A stretch of 64,000 nucleotides of DNA from Squalus acanthias (Eukaryota): NCBI GenBank assembly GCA_030390025.1, contig CM059432.1, positions 138,758,001 to 138,822,000 of the forward strand, written 5' to 3'. Shown one piece after another: positions 48,855 through 62,700 of the stretch. Position numbers and translations under genes: made by a program. Under the pieces are notes generated by a model. The model saw only the letters and a program-made list of their open reading frames with translations, was not told where the DNA came from and did not search any database. The stretch's first letter is position 1, and every line of letters starts with the position of its first letter.

Positions 48855-50740
48855 CATAGAACATAGAACAGTACAGCACAGTACAGGCCCTTCGGCCCTC
48901 GATGTTGTGCTGAGCATTGTCCGAGACCAAGATCAAGCTATCACACTCCCTATCACTCTGGTGTGCTCCATGTGCTTATCCAATAACCGCTTGAAAGTTC
49001 CTAAAGTGTCCGACTCCACTATCACAGCAGGCAGTCCATTCCACACCCCAACCACTCTCTGAGTAAAGAATCTACCTCGGACATCCCTTCTATATCTCCC
49101 CCCATGCACCTTATATTTATGCCCCCTTGTAACAGCTGCCTCTACCCGAGGAAATAGTCTCTGAACATCCACTCTATCTATCCCCCTCATCATCTTATAA
49201 ACCTCTATTAAGTCGCCTCTCATCCTCCTCCGCTCTAAAGAGAAAAGCCCAACTCCCTCAATCTTTCCTCATAAGACCTCCCCCCCAAACCAGGCAGCAT
49301 CCTGGTAAATCTCCTTTGCACTCTTTCCAATGCTTCCACGTCCTTCCTATAGTGAGGTGACCAGAACTGCACACAATATTCCAAATGTGGTCTCACCAAG
49401 GTCCTGTACAGTTGCAGCATAACCTCACGGTTCTTAAACTCAAACCCTCTGTTAATAAACGCCAACACACCATAGGCCTTCTTTACTGCTCTATCCACTT
49501 GAGTGGCAACCTTCAGAGATCTGTGGATATGAACCCCCAGATCCCTCTGCTCCTCCACGTTCCTCAGAACCCTGCCGTTGACCCTGTAATCCTTATTCAA
49601 ATTTGCCCTACCAAAATGAATCACCTCGCACTTATCAGGGTTAAATTCCATCTGCCATTTTTCGGCCCAGCTCTGCATCCTATCAATGTCTCTTTGCAGC
49701 CTACAACAGCCCTCCACCTCATCCACTGCTCCACCAATCTTGGTGTCATCAGCAAATTTACTGATCCACCCTTCAGTCCCCTCCTCCAAGTCATTGATAA
49801 AAATCACAAACAGCAGAGGACCCAGCACCGACCCCTGTGGCACACCGCTGGTAACTGGTCTCCAGTCCGAAAATGTTCCATCCACCACCACCCTCTGCCT
49901 TCTATGAGATAGCCAGTTACTTATCCAATCGGCCAAATTTCCCTCTATCCCACAACTCCTTACTTTCTTCATGAGCCGACCATGGGGAACCTTATCAAAC
50001 GCCTTACTAAAATCCATGTATACGACATCAACTGCTCTACCTTCATCTACACACTTAGTTACCTCCTCAAAGAATTCAATCAAATTTGTTAGGCAAGACT
50101 TACCCTTCACGAATCCGTGTTGACTATCCCTGATTAAGTTGCCCCTTTCCAAATGGTCATAAATCCTATCCCTCAGGACCTTTTCCATTATCTTACCAAC
50201 CACCGAAGTAAGACTAACCGGCCTATAATTACCAGGGTCATTCCTATTTCCTTTCTTGAAGAGAGGAACAACATTCGCCACTCTCCAGTCCTCTGGCACC
50301 ATTCCCGTGGACAGTGAGGACCCAAAGATCAAAGCCAGAGGCTCTGCAATCTCCTCCCTTGCCTCCCAAAGAATCCTAGGATATATCCCATCTGGCCCAG
50401 GGGACTTATCGACCCTCAGGTTCTTCAAAATTGCTAAAACATCTTCCCTCAGAACATCTACCACCTCCAGCCTATCCACCTTTATCACACTCTCATCCTC
50501 AAGAACATGGCCCCTCTCCTCGGTGAACACTGACAAAAAGTATTCATTCATCACCTCTCCTATCTCTTCTGACTCCATGCACAAGTTCCCACTACTGTCC
50601 TTGACCGGCCCTACCCTCACCCTGGTCATTCTTTTATTTCTCACATAAGAGTAAAAGGCCTTGGGGTTTTTCTTGATCCGACCCGCCAAGGACTTCTCAT
50701 GCCCCCTCCTAGCTCTCCTAAGCTCTTTTTTTAGCTCTTC
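48855..50740 (-). mobile_element. CR1 LINE, 5'-truncated; RT ORF 49235-50788
   Basis: All RT motifs including KFADD; (CATAGAA)n tail at ~48856; one frameshift near 49235. Confidence 0.95.
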
Positions 50741-52007
50741 CAAAAATTCAACCAGTGTGTTGGAACACCGCAGTGGGAGAATACTCACCTATTTTAAATT
50801 ACAGTCTCATAATTACAACAAACGTAATCTGCAAAAATAAACCAAAACCTACTAGAAAAATGTCCTAATAATCAAGGCAGTAATTTCTTCCATTCTGTTC
50901 TCCTGTCCTGTCCAGTATTTTGTCTCCTGTTTTCTCCACGGTTTTGCCTTTCAGACTCTTGCTTGCTTCTATGGTCTCTGGAGCTGTAAGGGCAGATTTT
51001 CCGAATGAACGTTCCTGGCTTCGAGCCTCGTCCTCTGGGAGCACACATCAGGAGAGCACGCGTGCACTCTGCAAGTGCGCCTGAAATTTCCCAACGTGTG
51101 CTCCTGGTGGGTGAGTCTCCAAGCCAAAGGCTGCACATTCAGAAAATCAGTACTGTTTTGTACACCTTGGCATGGACTGACTGCGTACAAGACAGTTCCA
51201 TACACAAAGAAATTGTCACGGTAAGTCCCAAACACATATTATTTTCTTTAAGGTTTCAAAGAAACCCTCAATATGATATAAGACGTGCTTATAAAGAACT
51301 ACATCGTAGGACCTGGGTTCAATTACTCACATACATGCCCTGTGGGCTCTTGTGCACCTAACTTCACTCAGTGGATTATATTTAAGTATGGTTTTCTATC
51401 TTCCAGGTGAACAATGCAGTTACAAGGAAGTAATGCTGCAAGTTTTCGCAATAGTGTTAAAAATGTCTGTGTAGTGCTGTGATGCATCTTTAGGATTACC
51501 AATAGATGGGGGGAAATCCACTGAACAGAAAATGCAAGCATGTATGAGCATTTCTGAACAGATAAGGACTAATTTCTTTCTGATTATTTGCTCTAATGGG
51601 GTCCTTCCTGTTTACACATACCTCTGGTCTTTGCCTCCTTATGCTAATTGTTGCTGCTGCAATTAGTCTGATGGTAGATCCCACTGGCAAAGTTCATGAG
51701 CAGGTTGCTGAATATTTAGCTGCTTGGGAATCCCGTTCACTCGCGATCCCTGCGACATACCTGTGCTAACGGCTGGACATTATCAACATTGCCTGCAGTG
51801 CAACTCAGAAACCGTCCAGTTTCAGGGTTATGGTAATGGTTTGAGAATAAAAGAAAATAGCATGTAAATGAAGAAAAATGGGCAGAAAAAGTATCTTTTT
51901 TAATGTTATTCAAATGTAATTATTAATTCCTGCTTCACCCATACGCTTTAAATCTTCAAACATCTACCACAAAATCTATTAAACTACTGAGTACTATGCT
52001 GAAGTGG

Positions 52008-52468
52008 CAGCCGTGGCTCAGTGGGTAGCACTCTCATCTCTGAAGGTTGTGGGTTCAAGTCCCACTCCAGAGACTTGAGTGCAAAATCCAGGCTAACACT
52101 TCCAGTGCAGTGCTGAGGGAGCGCTGCACTGTCGGAGGACCCGACTTTCAGACGAAATGTTAAACCGAGGCCCTGTCTGCCCTCTCAGGTGGACGTAAAA
52201 GATCCCACAGCACTATTTGATGAAGAGCAGGTGAGTTCTCCCCAGTGTCCTGGGCCAATATTTATCCCTCAACCAACATCACTAAAAAAAAGTTATCTGG
52301 TCATCGTCACATTGCTGTTTGTGGGAGCTTGCCGTGCACAAATTGGCTGCCGCGTTTCCCACATTACGACAGTGACTACACTTCAAAAGTACTTCATTGG
52401 CTGTAAAGCACTTTGGGATGACCTGAGGTTGTGCAAGGTGCTATAGAAATGCAAGTTCTTTCTTTCTT
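52008..52468 (+). mobile_element. Deu-domain SINE
   Basis: A and B boxes, Deu core and tail. Confidence 0.85.
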
Positions 52469-52699
52469 TAAAGAAAAGTTCTTTATGTGAATCCGCAGAA
52501 CTATTTCAGCTTTCTCACTAAACTCCCAACCACCGAACTTTCCTTCCTGGCCCCTATGCTAGTAATTTGTATGGTTCTGTGCAGACCGCTCACAAGCTTT
52601 TCCCATTGGAAATACAGTGTATGGGCAGAAATTTAAAGGGACCGAGCACTGAAATAAATAGGCCGCACACAACAAAGCGCAGCTTCGAGGGAAGATTGC

Positions 52700-52982
52700 T
52701 CTTGAGCATCCCCGACATTAATTGCTCCATCACTGGTGGCCGTGCCTTCAGCTGCCTTGGCCCTAAGCTCTGGAATTCCCTGCCTAAACCTCTCCGCCTC
52801 TCTTTCCTCCTTTAGGATGCTCCTTAAAACCTTACCTCTTTGACCAAGGTTTTGGTCATCTGCCCTAATATTTCCTTATGTGGCTCTGTCAAATTTTGTT
52901 TGATTACGTTCCTGTAAAGAGCCCTGGGATGTTTTACTACATTAAAGGCGCTATATAAATACAAGTTGTTGTTGTTATTGTT
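52700..52982 (+). mobile_element. L2-type LINE 3' end
   Basis: GGRAFSCLGPKLWNSLPKPLRLS; tail AAAGGCGCTATATAAATACAAG(TTG)n. Confidence 0.85.
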
Positions 52983-53438
52983 AGGAGGAGGAGGAAAATA
53001 AAGGTATCTCTCTCACACACAAGCAGATGCCCCAAGGCATCAGCGTGTTGGTAGTTTTAGAAGAACAGTGCTGTTATGCCAAGTATTATCAGGGACAGCA
53101 ATTTATAAGCATTGTAGGTGTCCCTGGGATCTGTGAGCAATGGGAAGCAAACCCAGGATGAGGTCACAGGGTCTAACAGTACTTCGAGGAGTTCCCAGGA
53201 TCTCGAAGCACTGGGAGGGTGTCCTGGGCGTCCAGAAGCACTCCACAGAGGTTTCCAGGAGCCATGGGGTAGGTCACAGGATCTGGAATCATTGGGAAAA
53301 GGGTGCTGGGATCTGGGAGTGCGATGGGGTGAGCAACGTCATGGTGTCTGAGTGCATTAGGGGATAGTCTTCAGATCAAGGAGGATTGGGAAGAGAGGTC
53401 CATGTTTCGGTAGTATTGAGGATTGTCCCAGAGTCTGG

Positions 53439-54188
53439 TGTAAGAATCCTGAGAAATCTCCATTTCAGATTCCCACTAGCTAATAAATGGACGAAATGAA
53501 ATAAGCATGATTAGTTGTAGGTTTAAGTTTGTAATATGTAACTGTGAGTCAATGCACGCCAATTCATGAATAATCATGCTTTTAAACTAGTGTAATATGC
53601 CTTGGGTAGACCCGGTTAGATTTTAAAATAGAAGAAAGAGGCCTGCTTGACTAAATGAAAAAATGCAGACTTCAACAAGCCTTGTTAGCAAAGCGACAGT
53701 CAGTCTGTGAAAAAAGCTGAGAGAATTAATGGAATTCCAGAGACTGAGATAAGAGGCAGGGACCGTAAGATTATGAATTGCATGTTAGTTGGTTTTTAGA
53801 ATACTTGCTTTACTATCTTATAACCATTAATATCTTATAATCATCAGTAATAGATCTATAATCATGTGTAAAGAATAAATATAGAAGTTTGTAATCATCA
53901 ACTGCATGCAAGTATAACCTGAATTATGTATAACATGTAACCCTTTTTCTTATGCTTAAAAGTCTGTGAGTAAGCTGTAACCAGACAACCTGGGGTGAGA
54001 AAGAGATTGCCATGGTCGAATAGACTGCAGTTAGCCTGGGAACCAAGGTTAGCTGTAGTTACCACTGTGCTGGAATGTTATAACATCTGCAGTGAATAAA
54101 AACAAAGGCCAACAGCAGGGGCCATATCTCAACCTGTGGAGACATATTCCTTTTGTGTTGCCATGACTACGCCAGATATGAGTCTTGA
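53439..54188 (+). mobile_element. Probable solo LTR (~750 bp) inserted into a GC-rich repeat
   Basis: Starts TGTAAGAATC and ends GAGTCTTGA (eroded inverted end); TGG on both flanks; TATA-like CTTAAAA at ~53955, hairpin 54024-54059, AATAAA 54095-54100. Confidence 0.55.
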
Positions 54189-54632
54189 TGGTCCCAGGAT
54201 CTGGGCTAGGCTCTTGGGGTCCAGAAGTATTAGGGAGGGGTTATCTGGGAGAAGATCTGGCAGTGTCAGTAGGTGGCCAAGACCAGGGCCCAGCAGCCTT
54301 GCAGGGGTGTGGGCGAGGCGAATGGGCGTGGACTGCCTTTGGTCCCTTTTGGGACCAGCAAATACCTCCCACCCCTCCATGTTCCCACCTGTCAGCTTTC
54401 TTTCCCACCCTGCTTGTGGCACATTTTAGGCCGTGAGGTGCCTTCCCCCGCTTCCCCCATCGTTGGCCAGTCCCTGATTTTAATTTCCTACTTTAAAGCA
54501 TCAAGTGCACTATGTGGGCTTGCCAACTTATACAGCCTTCAGTTAGCATAAACTTCCATAAACGAATAAAAGCTACCTCATAAAATGCTCAAAAGTCCAT
54601 TGTTTATCCAGTTTCCTTGAAGCACCTTGGGT

Positions 54633-54900
54633 TAGGAACATTGGAACAGGGGTAGGCCATTCAGCCCCTCGAGTCTGTTCCGTCATTCAATTAGATCATG
54701 CTTGATCTTTATCTTAACTCCATTTACCCGCCTTGGTTCCGTAACCCTTAATACCCCTGCATAACAAAAATCTATCTATCTCAGTTTTGAAATTTTCCAT
54801 TGACCCCCAGCCTCAACTGCTGTTTGGGGGAAGAGAGTTCCAGATTTCCACTATCCTTTGTGTGAAGAAGTGCTTCCTGACATCACCCCTGAACGGCCTA
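54633..54900 (-). mobile_element. CR1 LINE 3' end
   Basis: Reverse tail GGAACAGGGGTAGGCCATTCAGCCCCTCGAG. Confidence 0.75.
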
Positions 54901-55727
54901 TGTTGCTCTTGTTATTTCCAAGTTTTTCTTCAAAAATATACCTTTAAGTCCCAAAAACCTTAAACTGTTTTTCTCAGAAGAGTAACATTTTAACTGAATT
55001 TGGAGCCAAAGTGAAGAGAGAACTTGCGATGACAGATGTGGTCTGCACCCAATCGGCTTGAACACTTCAAATCAAATTCATCTTTTACCTACATTTATAT
55101 CACTTGGAAAAAACAAACTGAAATCATCTCCAACTTTTCCACTGAGAAAATAAATCCTCACTCGATTTTTAAACTAGCCTGGGAGATTCGCAATTGTAGG
55201 GTGGAGTACAAGCTTAATTGTGATTCATAGCATATCCTTGGAGCTGTCAATACTGGGGAAATGTTAAGAGATTTATGATCAAAAAGAGCAAGATTGCAAA
55301 TTATTTAAACTGATGGAATGGTGTTCATTTTTCATTGTAAGCAATTTAAAAAAAAATACACGAGATTATTCTAAATACCATAGACCACATTTGTCAATAA
55401 GGGGGACCGTATAATCTGCATTGCAGGACAAGGTTCTGAAACTTCAAATTTAATACAAGACTTTGAAAATATGTTTATTTGACTGACATAGTTGTACATG
55501 ATACAGTGTCGGTGGTAATGAGATTTTAAGCTTGATGGGAAGAATAGGCTTTCTTCGTGTATTATCTGATGGGCAGATAAATGTGATTAGGACTATCTGC
55601 CTTGTATGAAGAGTAAAAGTCTATGATCTTGGTTTTGCTTTCAACAAAGGAAACCAGAGATGCTGCTGATCACAGGTGCCGGGCAACTATCGGAGGCAAA
55701 AATTGACGTGAAGAAGGATCCAGATTA

Positions 55728-56930
55728 GCAGGAAGAAAGATAGATTTGCATTTATAGTGTACCTTGCAAGACCTCAGGACGTCCCAAAGCGCTTTACAGC
55801 CAATGAAGTGCTTTTTTAAATGTAGTCACTATTATAATGTAGGAAACGTGGCAGCCAATTTGCGCACAGCAAGGTCCCACAAACAGCAATTAAATAATTA
55901 TTTTTAATTTGAAACGTGCCTGAAATATGGCTTTGAGAATTTAGTCTCCAGTTTGTTTTGAAGTCTTTTGGAAAAAGGCAAAGATACTCTTCAAATCCTT
56001 ACAGGATGAAGGGAGACAACAATAACAACTTGCATTTATGTAGCACCTTTTGACGGCCCCAATTAAAAAATTGGTTCAGAATCTGTACCTTGGTTCACAA
56101 GAGTGTATAAGAGGCCAGTCGAAATATGTTAACTTAGAAAGCGTAAAGCATTTCTGCATCATGTATACTGTGCAGCAGATGTAGAAAGCACTTGAACCGT
56201 GGGGTTGGGTAGATGAAGTTAAGATACAGATCAGCCATGATCTAATTGAATGGCTGAATGGCCTACTCCTGTTCCTATTTCCTATCACTTAAAAATTTGA
56301 CAGCAGAATTGGCTTGCATTTAAATTGTTCCAAAGAGAGCCAAATACCTGTATCTTATGTTGCAGAAAAATGTTTTCAATCAGTTACGTTCAGGAACCAG
56401 TAATAACAAAAAAACAACAACTTGCATTTATATAGCGCCGTTAATGTAGTAAAATGCCCCAAGAGGCTTCACAGGAGCGTCATCAAACAAAATTTGATCA
56501 CATGTATATGAACTTAATGTTTGGGATTACACCATGCTGATAGGAATCCTCCACTGCAAATTGTAATGCATCAGCTTTAGACAATGTTTGGGCAAACAAA
56601 GTTATCATTTGACTAAGCATCATGCTCATTAAAAAACAGTTGTCCATAACACAGCATTTGATTCCATTAATGTTATGTCGAGAATGAAGTTTTTAAAAAG
56701 GTAGGAAAGTGAATTTTAATGCTGAATGCTCTCCGTGCATTCTCATTGGTTCAGCAAATGCTACAGAGAATGCAGACAATGCACAATGGTATCAGCTCCA
56801 GAGGAACTTCAGCCTGCCCTGAAGTAGGTGAAGGAAAATGTGTCAAATTTTGTCTGATAACGCTCCTGTGAAGCGCCCTGGGACGTTTTACTATGTTAAA
56901 GGCGCTGTATAAATGCAAGTTGTTGTTGTT
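55728..56930. mobile_element. Short 3' tails: DeuSINE (-, ~55728-55890), L2 (-, ~56017 and ~56403-56500; +, ~56840-56930), CR1 (+, ~56205-56285)
   Basis: Shared tail motifs as in the fuller copies elsewhere in the window. Confidence 0.65.
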
Positions 56931-58604
56931 CTCATAGTGGAAATTGGGGGGCCGGAAATATGCAATCAGAAAACTGAAGGTATTTTATATGTAACAACTG
57001 AAAAGCCCCATTTCATTCCGAGGGTATAAGCATTAAGGCAATAGAAGGTTGTGCTGGAGAATTCCTTGAGATCTTAAAATTTAGTTTTGCAGTCCAATTA
57101 CTTATGCACACTGTTTGCTGACACCAATCATGGAAATATATATTTATGGGAATTCTAAGTTTTATTTTATTATAAATGATTTTAATTGCACATATTTTAA
57201 ACCTTTCTTGGCCCCTCAACTCATATATCATCACTGATTGGATCTGCACAATTCCTGACAATAAAAAGATAATAATATTGGAATATTTAGTGGTTACTTG
57301 ATTAACACTATATGACTTTGGAACATTTTTCCTGTATGACGATACCTCATGCTGTGTGAGTAGAACATCAATAGTGGTGCTGATGCAATTCTTATCACAA
57401 CGGTGAGATATATTAAAACCGCGGCATGGTCAGAGAAGGTGAAATTTAATTCTGTATATCTGCCAATGTCTTTTAGCCCATGTCCTTACAGCTTTAAAAA
57501 AAAGGAGCCAAGGGCTTGATTTTTTGTGTGTGTGTGTGCATCTTTTGCTACTGTATGCAAACCATGACATTAGTTACTGGCTTTGCCCTTTTGACAGCTG
57601 TATAGTGATAGAGATAAATGAAAAGGCCGCAGTGTTCTCGTCATTGTCCCATGTACACCGTGCAGTTAAAGCCAGCGGTTCAGGCTTCAAGGCAGCAGAC
57701 TGCGTACCTGAGAAGAAAAAAAACCCACACACAAAACCCTCAAGATTCATTTTAGTTAACAGAAGTCCTTTTGAATCTTAATGTCCAATCGGGTCGGTTT
57801 ACTAATTATCTGCTTTTTTTTTCTTTGTTGAAGGAACAGTTCTCTATATTGCTCACAATTCCAGCTATCACCTGCTTACGCTCCTTCTGCAGATCAATAG
57901 CGCCTAGTTAAGTGGATGAAAAGGCTAAATGTGACTCTCGTTTGCAATGCCAGGGGTTATTCAGCTTTTAAGTGGTACTCTTGTGCTTCATTTCAGCATG
58001 CTAAAATCAACTCCCAGGCGGTCTGGATTTCGTAACCTTTTTTATTATTAAGGATCTGTCATTTTTAAAAAAACTTTCATAGCTTCAATACTGCAATAGG
58101 TTACAGTAAAACTGCTTGCATAACCATCATGCAGAAAATCTACATTATGCTCCAAAGCTGCTGGCCATACATCTCAGATGGCAAAACCTACACTGGTTTT
58201 AATACAAGTAAAATCAATAAATATTAACCTTTTCTGACACTTCCTACACCGATACTTTATCAGCTACTGTCAACTTATACAATAAAAAGCCAGTGATACA
58301 TTGCATTTTTTAAGCTAAGAATCAATGATAGATTAGAACATCGATGTAGATTAGCAAAGATTCAATATTAATTACTTTTTAAAAAAAAAAGACAATGCAT
58401 GACACGCAAGAAGAATTTCAGCTCTATGATAAAACTGTTCCAGTGTTGTGGCATTAATCAAGTCTCCCATTTTACATTAATATTTCAGGATTACAATTAA
58501 AGTTACAAAAAGACACACATATATAGGGGAAAATGTTACAATCTACATACACTCTGGAATTACGCCATTGTCTTTTAAGTAAGTTAATGCATAACTACAT
58601 CAGT

Positions 58605-58714
58605 TTCTACAGTACAACAGTAACTGCACTTCAAAAGTAAATTTAATTGGCTGTAAAGCACTTTGGGACGTCCTGAGGTCGTGAAAGGCGCTATACAAAT
58701 GCAAGTCTTTCTTT
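58605..58714 (+). mobile_element. Deu-domain SINE 3' fragment
   Basis: TTGGCTGTAAAGCACTTTGGGACGTCCTGAGGTCGTGAAAGGCGCTATACAAATGCAAGTCTTTC. Confidence 0.8.
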
Positions 58715-59287
58715 AACTGCAAGGTAGCAATACGTTCAGAGCTAAGGTGACCTCGCAAACCAAAGCATATTTATCAATGTGAAATATCTAACTGTATACA
58801 ACATACACAGAACGTACTGATCCTTCTAGTTAACATCCAATGTCCAGTTCATGCAGTTCTTAGTGATTTGCAACCACAGGGGTACAATCTATGCACCACT
58901 ATAGTGTAGAGATTTTGCTGATCAATACACTGGAACTTGGTAAGTTCTTGTGAAATGTGGTAGCAGAGTTGAAGAGTCAGTTCTAGGATGATGGGCACCT
59001 GCAATTGTATCACATGGCGCAAAGTGCAATGATTTATGTACCACACGACTCAACAAATTTTTACAACCCAGCAAATAACGCCATATATATTAACAATTAA
59101 TCTCTGAAAATTACTGCACTACTTTCACCACATTTTCAATATGACCAGATTCAGTAGCATACTTCACTAGAAAAGGTCAGTCCTCAAATAGTTTTAGGTT
59201 ATGAGGATCTCATTTCCCACATCAATTCAGAGCAATCCTCGTGATGTTAACCTGTTAGGCACAACCTCTCAGTTCTTTGCAAGATCC

Positions 59288-59720
59288 ATCAGGAAAGACT
59301 GAACAGTCTGGGGCTCTTTTCTCCAGAAAAGAGAAGGCTGAAGGGGTGACCTAATCGAGGTCTTTGAGACTATGAAAGAGTTTGATAGGGTAGATTTGAG
59401 AAGATGTTTCCACCCGTGGGGGAAGACCAGAACTAGGGACCATGAATATAAGATAGTCACTAATTAACCCAATAGGGAATTCAGTAGAAACTTCTTCACC
59501 CAGAGAATGGTTAAAATGTGGAACTCATACCACAGGGAGTAGTCGAGGAAAATCGCAATGATGCATTTAAGGGGAAGCTAGATAAGTACATGAGGGAGAA
59601 AGTAACAGAAGGTTATGCTGATAGAGTTAGATAAAGAGGAGACTCTTATGGAGCATAAACACCGGCATGGACCAGTTGGGCCAAATGGCCTGTTTTTGTG
59701 CTGTACATTGTGTGTAAATC
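59288..59720 (+). mobile_element. CR1 LINE 3' fragment
   Basis: Degenerate ORF2 end plus tail of the same subfamily as 35311-35485. Confidence 0.85.
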
Positions 59721-62700
59721 TTGTGCTCCAGAACTAGCTGTGCCTCTAGCCAAGCTGTTCCAGTACAGTTATAACACTAACATCTATCCGACAATGTGGA
59801 AAACTGCCCAGGTATGTCCTGTCCACAAAAGGCAGGACAAATCCAATCTGGCCAATTACCACCCCATCAGTCTACTCTCAATCATCAGCAAAGTGATGGA
59901 AGGTGTCATCGACAGTGCTATCAAGCAGCACTTACTCACCAATAACCTGCTCACTGATCCTCAGTTTGGGTTCCGCCAGGACCACACGGCTTCAGACCTC
60001 GTTACAGCCTTGGTCCAAACATGGACAAAAGAGCTGAATTCCAGAGGTGAGGTGAGAGTGACTGCCCTTGACATCAAGGCAGCATTTGACCGAGAGTGGC
60101 ATCAAGGAGCCCCAGTAAAACTGAAGTCAATGGGAATCGGGGGGAAAACTCTCCACCGGCTAGAGTCATACCTAGCACAAAGCAAGATGGTTGTGGTGGT
60201 TGGAGGTCAATCATTACTGCCCCAGGACATCGCTGCAGGAGTTCCTCAGGGCAGTGTCCTAGGCCCAGCCATCTTCAGCTGCTTCATTAATGACCTTCCC
60301 TCCATCATAAGGTCAGAAGTGGGGATGTTCGCTGATGACTGCACAGTGTTCAGCGCTATTCGCAACTCCTCAGATAATGAAGCAGTCCATGCCCGCATGC
60401 AGCAAGACCTGAATGACATTCCAGCTTGGGCTGATAAGTGGCAGGTAACATTCACGTCTACGGGTACAAGTGATCATCGTATCATAAGATTTAGATTAGC
60501 AATGGAGAGGAGCAAGGAACAATCTAAACTGGAATAGGGCTAACTTCAATGGGATGCGAAAGGATCTAGCCAGGGTAAAATGGAACCAAAGACTGACAGG
60601 AAAAACTGTAACGGAACAATGGGTGATCTTTCAGGAGGAGATGTTCCAAGTACAGGCTAGGTACATTCCAACAAGAGGGAAGGGTAAGGAAACCAAAGCA
60701 AGGGCTCCTTGGATGACAAGGGAGATAGAGAAGATGATGAAACAAAAAAAAGAGGGTGTATGATGCATGTCAGGTGAATTCTTCAAAGGAGAACCAGACC
60801 AAATACAATAAGTTGAGAGGGGAAGTGAAGATGAAAATAAGATTGGCAAAAAGAGAATATCAGAGTAGAATGGCGGTTAACATAAAAGGGAACCCAAAAA
60901 TCTTCTACCGACATGTAAACAGTAAGCGGGTAGTAAGAGGCGGGGTGGGGCCTATTAGAGACAAAGAAGGTGATAAATGCTTGGAGGTGCAGGGCAAGGC
61001 TAGAATACTTAATGATTATTTTGTATCGGTGTTTACTATGGAGGTGGATGCTGACAAAATATCGGTAGAAGTGGAAAAGGTAGAAGCAATGGAAGGGGTG
61101 AAAATTGATAGACAGGATGTACTACAAAGGCTGGGTATGCTTAGAGAGGATAAGTCGCCTGGTCCAGATGGCTTGCATCCCAGGTTGCTAAGGGAATTGG
61201 GGGAGAAGATAGCGGAAGGGCTTGCCATAATTTTCCAATCTTCCCTAGGTGCGGGGGAGGTGCTTGAGGATTGGAAAGTGGCAAATGTGACACCATTGTT
61301 CAAGAAAGGGTGTAAAGATAATCCTAGTAACTACAGGCTGGTCAGTTTAACATCAGTGGTGGGTAAAGTTTTAGAAACAATAATCAAGGAAAAAATTAAT
61401 GGGCACTTGGAGAGGTTTAAGCTAATTAAGGAGAGCCAACACGGATTTGTAAAAGACAGATCATGTTTGACTAATCTAATTGAATTTTTTGATGAAGTAA
61501 CAGGGAGGATTGATGAAGGGAATGCAATGGATGTTGTCTACATGGATTTTCAGAAGGCGTTTGACAAAGTACCATATAGAAGGCTGGTTAACAAAATTGA
61601 GGCTCATGGAATAGGTGGGTCAGCTTGGATAAGGAATTGGCTTAAGGACAGAAAACAGCGAGTTGTGGTAAATGGCTGTTTTTCAGACTGGAGGATGGTC
61701 GACAGTGGTGTTCCCCAAGGGTCACTGCTTTTTTTTAAATATATATATATATATAAATAACCTGGATATTGGAATACAGAGTAGAATTTCTAAATTTGCC
61801 AATGACACCAAACTTGGGGCTGTGGCAAACAGTGAGGATGATACCAATCGACTGCAACAGGACATAGAAAGGCTAGCAGAATAGGCAGACAAGTGGCAGA
61901 TGGAATTTAATACAGAGAAGTGTGAGGTGATGCATTTTGGCAGAAGGAACAGGGAGAGGCAATATACACTTAATGGCACAGTTTTAAAGAGTGTGCAGGG
62001 ACAGAGGGACCTTGGAGTTAATGTGTATAGGTCCCTGAAGGTGGCAGGACATATTGAGAGAGTGGTTAGCAAAGCATATGGGATCTTGGGCTTCATAAAT
62101 AGAAGTATTGATTACAAAAGTAGAGAAGTTATGCTGAACCTCTATAAAGCACTGGTTAGGCCACAACTGGAGTATTGCGTCCAGTTCTGGTCACCACACT
62201 TTAGGAAGGATGTGAAGGCCCTTGCGAGGGTGCAGAGGAGAATTACCAGAATGGTTCCGGGGATGGAGGATCTTAGCTACAAGGACAGGTTGGAGAAGCT
62301 GAATTTGTTTCCATTAGAGCAAAGGAGGTTGAGGGGTGATTTGATAGAGGTGTACAAGAATATGACGGGATTGGATAGGCTAGACGGGGAACGGCTGTTC
62401 CCACTAGTTGATGGTACAAGGACTAGGGGACAAAGATTTAAGGTTTTGGGCAAGAGATACAGGGGGGATGTGAGGAAAAACATTTTTGCGCAGCGAGTGG
62501 TGAGGACCTGGAATTCGCTGCCAACGGAAGTGGTGGAAGCTGAGACACCAATGTTTTTAAGGGGAGACTGGATAGGCACTTGAGGGAAATAAACTTGCAG
62601 GGCTACGGGGATACAGCAGGGGAATGGGACTGACTGGATTGCTCTACATAGAGAGCCGGCAGAGACGCGATTGGCCGAATGGCCTCCTTCTGTGCCGTAT

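Noticed and set aside
50988..51110. Possible MITE end (TAA GGGCAGATTTTCC) with an internal inverted repeat
   Set aside because: No matching second TIR or TSD was found, so it is too weak to call.
52008..52076. tRNA-like sequence with A and B boxes (also at 9727, 13860, 33630)
   Set aside because: Each runs directly into a Deu core and LINE-like tail, so these are SINE heads and not tRNA genes.
53118..53367. ORFs in the GC-rich GGATCTGG-type region (also 54129-54551)
   Set aside because: Low-complexity decayed repeat flanking the probable LTR, with no protein motif.
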